The notes under the pieces were generated by a model. That model worked only from the letters and a program-made list of their open reading frames with translations. It had not been told where the DNA came from and did no database searches. From NCBI GenBank assembly GCA_036630325.1, contig CP142737.1, positions 868,001 to 932,000 on the forward strand: 64,000 nt of DNA, in the 5' to 3' direction. Source of the stretch: Vairimorpha necatrix. Taxonomy: Eukaryota. Position numbers and translations under genes: made by a program. Shown in pieces: positions 58,901 through 64,000 of the stretch (position 1 is the stretch's first letter; each line of letters starts with the position of its first letter).

Positions 58901-61410
58901 TTATAAAATTTATTTGGTAGCTAAATTTAAATTGTAATCAAGCTTTCATTTCAAGAAATACAGTGAAAGCTCAAAACGGCGAGATCCAGAAAACTAAGCT
59001 TTTATAAAATAAAGGCATAATTATATGGTGCCTAACAAATTCGCACGGCAAAGAAATGTTTAATTATAGCACAATGTAGATTTTCTTTTTCAAAATGTTT
59101 GTAAAATTAATTTTCTTTAATTCGCTTACGCAACTTATGATTTTTAGTATCAGTAAAAATCAATGATTGAATTACGAACAATTAAAAATTTTTATGACAA
59201 AAAATTACTTATATTGTTTCTATTAATCCCTATTTTGTACAATATAATTCTTTGGATAATATTAATACATCTACAATGATCTATTTTTCAAAAATTTGAT
59301 TTACGAAATAAAGGCGGCGCTACAGTCCGATATGGACTTTCCAATTTATTAACGAGTTATACAAGTGCAGATTTCTATTTGAAGAAATGTTTTTTTGCAA
59401 ACCATTTATCATGAAGTTGAAGTTTTACCGCTTTGTTTTAGTTTCATTCGGAATAAAGATTCTTGTGCAATAAACATTTTTGCTTTTTACATGATTTTTA
59501 TAAAAAAATTTTACCCTTATGCTAATCCTGGGGACTCTTGACAAAAGGTCTAGAAGATTTCAAGGCACACATTAGCTGATATTTTAAAAATTAGACGGAA
59601 TATACTAAAACAAAAAAGTTATTACGAATTTTTTGTGATAGTGGCATTTACACCGGACTTTTCGCACATTGACTGCTACGGGTTTAAATGTACTGGAAAC
59701 AAAGAAGATTCTAATTCAAATGAATTTAGGTGAACTTGTTTTCTACTCCTATATACCTATAAATATCTGTTTGTTATTTTAAAAAAATTTTCTGCAAAAA
59801 CAGTCTACTAAAAAAATAATAATATCCATTTGTCAGCTTCCAGTGTTTTAAGGGGCTAAAAATATTTTAAACCTTATTTAGCAATGAAAATTTCAATTAT
59901 CAAAAAAAGGAGGGATAGAAAAAGTGACATAGACCGATGAAACGGCAATGTAAAGTAAAAATTTTTAATTATCATTGGAAGTATATGAAACAATTGTTTA
60001 TTGTACTTGGTTAGTTAAAAAAAAATGTGCGAATATTGGAACTAAGTATCGAAATAGGACCAACTAGACATAACTTACGATGATACATTACTTTAATTTA
60101 AAACATAAATATCGCTATAATTTTCATATTGATAATCATAAATCTTATCTAAAGTTGTAGAATTAATGACGTTAACATTATGTTGTTATTTGTGATAAAG
60201 GCTTTAGAAAAAAAGCAGTAGAGGTTAGCAATCTAGTAGAATAAGTCTGGTAACATCTTAGTGTGATTTTATATTTTAAATGGATATTAAAAAGTGTGCA
60301 AACATGGATTTTTTGCAAGAATATAAATGACGAAGAAGATGTGCAATTTCCAGAAATATTATTTGTATCAGAAAAATCTACGCCTAAACAATTTAATCAT
60401 TGTAAATTAAACTGATTTTTCGTTTTTGTTTTTTTATTTTTCTCTTATAAGGGACCCCTGAAGAAAAAAAAAGTCTGACATCGGACTTTTACACCCTTAA
60501 ATTTCCAGCAACCAATCAGACCATATCCTACTAGCAATTTTGATATATTATTTATATTTTATAATTCACAGCAATAAAATAACAATGTATTATGAAGACA
60601 ATAACTACGAGAGGAAATAAATAAATGATCAAAGTTTTATACTTTTTGCAATACAAGTGGCTTTTTAAACAATGTTCACATATTAGTAATACATTTTTAT
60701 AAGAATATTACTATATATTATGTATAATATAAACTTAAGGAAAACGTAACAACTAAAAATATTAATAGAGGTTCAAACCGAATCTCTTTTTAGCGAAATA
60801 AAAATTAAAACAAACCATTTAAAGCATTTAGACCAAGAGACGATCCACTTATTTATAAAACAGACTGCCACGTGGCTCACAAAAGGAAATATAAGCTCGA
60901 GAGAGGAAGGCAATTTATGTGCACTACAGGACCGAAATATTTTCTTAGAGAAACAGACAAAATGCCCACACTGCCATGAATATGCAAAGACAGTAGATCA
61001 TATGGCCACCCAATGTGATCGTATGCTTTCACATGATTACATGAGACGGCACAATGAGGCACTGCGATGCATCCACCTGCAGTTGTGTAAGACGTATGGT
61101 CTATCCCATGCCAAAAGAATTAGAAATAATTTAGTCCAGGAATGTGTAGCTAATGAGTATGTTGAGGTACGAGTCGACAGTAGGATACATTCAAGTATTA
61201 AAATAAAGTATAACAAGCCTGATATACTAATTGTAGACAAGTTGAGGAAAGAAGTGATCGTTGTAAGTTGGAATCACAAGTTTTAACAACCTATATGCAG
61301 TAGAAACAGAAAAGAAACTTAAATACGACTTGCTCGCAAATCATGTGGCTTCTCTCTACAAATACAAGCCGAAAATTATTCCTTATGTGATGACGTGGGA
61401 TGGAATAGTA

Positions 61411-62380
61411 GGTCAAAGGGCAGTCTGGTGGCCAAAAATCCCTTAAAAGACATTTTAAAAAAATCACCCCAAAAATGAAAAGTCCAAGGGAAAAATTTAA
61501 AAATCATTTTAATAATTTTATCAAAAAATCCCCTTCAAAATTTCTTCTAAGCATAAATCTTACCAAAGAACTCTTTATTAATCGTTTTGTTCTATGCCTT
61601 ATGGAAGTTTCACTTTTAACAGCGCTCCAATTACCTTCGATAGTATTAGTATGGCATGAATTATTATTATTATTAACAAATTTTTTTGCATGATTAACCG
61701 TCTTATTTTGTTGAAAAATTGAACACAACCTAAAATATGAAGAGAAGCAATCACTATGTATGATAGATTCTGGGTGAACATATTTAATTAAAAGTTCTTC
61801 TAGTGTAGTTGTTCTTCTATTATCAACAGAGGCATACACAATTTTCCTTTGAGGTGTTCTTTCTACCATTCCGAAAATCCAAACTCCTTCTACTCTATGG
61901 CCTCTATGGTCTTTTACTTTACCAAACTTACTTTCATTTATTTCCACAACAATTCCAGGTCCTTCAATTATACCTGTTTCAACGTAAAAGAATTTTCGGT
62001 GGAATTTACTGTTAAAGAAATGATTTTTCTTACACTTTTAATTCTAATTCCAAGAAATTCCGCAATAGCTTTATACTTTACATTAACAGACCATGATTTA
62101 ATAATTAATAACATAGTATTAATTCCAAGCTTGTTATTGTAGAATGGAGTGTTTTTTAATAAAGACCATTTACTTCTACATTTAGACCAAGTACATCGAA
62201 AAATAAAATTTTCATTATATTTTTTACTTATAGAACCACATTTTATACATGATTTGCTTGTTTTTTCAATATATTTTAAAAAAATTTCAAAAAGTTTTTC
62301 CTCTTGACTTTTCATTTTTGGGGTGATTTTTTTAAAAATTCCTTTTAAGGGATTTTTGGCCCCCAGACTGCCATAGCCCC
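61411..62380 (-). mobile_element. Second Merlin family element, defective
   Basis: Imperfect TIRs of ~75-85 bp with GG...CC termini; 9-bp TSD GGAATAGTA at 61402-61410 and 62381-62389. Confidence 0.92.
61504..62315 (-). pseudogene. Merlin transposase, frameshifted and with a catalytic D to N change
   Basis: ORFs 61968..62315 (Zn ribbon CIKC...CTWSKC) and 61504..61947 (VEINES, IHSDCF, HTNTIEGNW) in different frames. Confidence 0.9.
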
Positions 62381-63084
62381 GGAATAGTAACTAATTTTCA
62401 CCGTACGCATATCAAAGTGCTCAGATTAGAACCCAGAACGCAAGAATATATACAGTCAAGAGTCCTTAAAATGACTTTAGAAAGCCTAACTATGTCAGCC
62501 AGACATGGGCTTGATACAGATCAGGAAGGGGTCTCCGAGAGCCCAATGAGTGAATCTAAGAAGGAAGTTCTGGAACTGCCAGATGAGACTGTAAGCGTAT
62601 CTTGTGAAAAGTAATTAATAAGCCGAATATTATATCCAATTAAATTATATAGTATATTATGTATAGTACCGATTTAGTAGGTTACATATTCAAATGTAGA
62701 AATCTATATATTAGTTAAAACATCCATTCGTATATTTTTTTATAAGGGACCAAAACAAACGAAAGGTTGTAATTTACTTTTTCATGCTGAATTTATGAAA
62801 GCATTAGATTACCTATTGATACAATTGACTGGCTTGAATATTTTTATTGTTTATGTATCAATATTTAAGCATAAAAATAACGAAACTAGAACGTAGAAGA
62901 ATATATACGCTAATACATATGGGTAACAAATGGGAGATTCTTTTACTATTGTTTTAAAATTTATTTCAATTTTCTTATATCATCTACTTTATTATGTTGA
63001 TTTACCATATATTACGTATCCTAGTAGAATTTAGCATATGTAAAATAAATGAATTTATTTAGTTATGCTATTTGTAAATTATAA

Positions 63085-63365
63085 TACAAATAGAATAGAT
63101 TCCGCGTTAGCGTCTCCTGCTTGTACGTGGCTTCTCTTCTCTATAGTCCTTTCCACACGGCTTCGTCTTCTCTCCTTCTGTAGTCTAAAGAAATGCATTC
63201 TAGCGTCTTCTTTAGCGCGTTCTTTTAATGTACACTTCTACCTTCTTGGGGATTTCAAGTCTTGTGGTACAAGATTTGTTAAAGTTAGTCACTATACGAT
63301 CCCAAGTGATTACGTAGAGGATGTTTCTGTTTTAAACCTTATATTAGGCCCAGTTAGCATATGTA
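63085..63365 (-). mobile_element. Short 3' fragment of an RLE-type non-LTR element
   Basis: Minus strand reads ILYVITWDRIVTNFNK...LEIPKKVEVYI / LKKTLECISLD, homologous to the C-terminus near 46250-46380. Confidence 0.75.
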
Positions 63366-64000
63366 AATATTAATATTAATATATTGGGTTTTATTAATTT
63401 ATTATAATTTGTTTTACATGTGATCTTAACAATAGAATATGTATTATTTCATAATTATTTACGATTTCTGAGTGTAAAAGATATTTTTACGCTAATAAGT
63501 GTTTAGTCTACAATATATATTGTTAGCATACTTTACTAAAATTAATTATTTCATTAGTTTATTAGTTATGGCGTAGCGGTGGTGCTAAAAATCTAATACG
63601 TAAATAAAAAGCGGCATTTGCCCCTCTTCGTTTGTATATATTACAATACAATATGTAGAAGAAATCAAATGATACGAATTGACGATAAGCACAATTTTTT
63701 AAAATAAATCCTAAAACTTATTTTTAGGTAAGTAATAGACTTTTTAGGAAACCTCACTAGACAATAAGCCTTAAAACTTACCTCACCACTATTTATCTGT
63801 GTAATTTTTGTATTTCAACTTTTTTTTGTAAAACAATTTAAAGTTCTACGAAAATATACAACTTTTACGGCTAAAAAAGAAAACAAAAAAAAATTAAAGT
63901 ATAAAAAGACTGTCTTTTTTAACAATTAAATGAGAGGAAAAACACACATAGAAACATTAGTTGACATTGTAAAGCTTAACTTTGCTAAGATGTTATAGAA

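Larger units (their letters stand above)
60830..62614 (+). mobile_element. 5'-truncated RLE-type non-LTR element interrupted by a Merlin
   Basis: CPHC..VDHMATQCDRML.HDYMRRHNE, KPDIL, KYDLLAN and IPYVMTWDG|IVTNF; the frame resumes after 62381. Confidence 0.88.

Noticed and set aside
1-64000. tRNA or rRNA genes
   Set aside because: No cloverleaf or rRNA-like segment was recognised by eye; a tRNAscan/Infernal run would be needed to exclude them.

Overview
Very AT-rich eukaryotic DNA that reads as a microsporidian (Nosema/Vairimorpha-like) genome: short intronless genes, CCC/GGG motifs just upstream of ATGs, and AATAAA overlapping several stops. The first 16 kb holds two GH19-chitinase-like genes lacking the catalytic Glu and a compact housekeeping block (eIF3c, Sm/LSm, RPL9, RLP24, CDC45, SUB2/UAP56), interrupted by an intact Merlin (IS1595-like) transposon. 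From 15993 to 27318 there is a head-to-tail Helitron array: two intact 1434-aa RepHel elements plus two ~520-bp non-autonomous elements, fused CTAG|TCA and anchored in a (TCA)10 tract. A second two-unit array lies on the minus strand at 30428-31468. The rest is a nested transposon graveyard (hAT/Buster containing a Merlin MITE, RLE-type non-LTR elements, Ginger-like integrase remnants, degenerate Ty3/gypsy, Tc1/mariner-type MITEs) with a few lineage-specific secreted-type genes. All calls are by eye from the sequence and ORF track; no searches were run.
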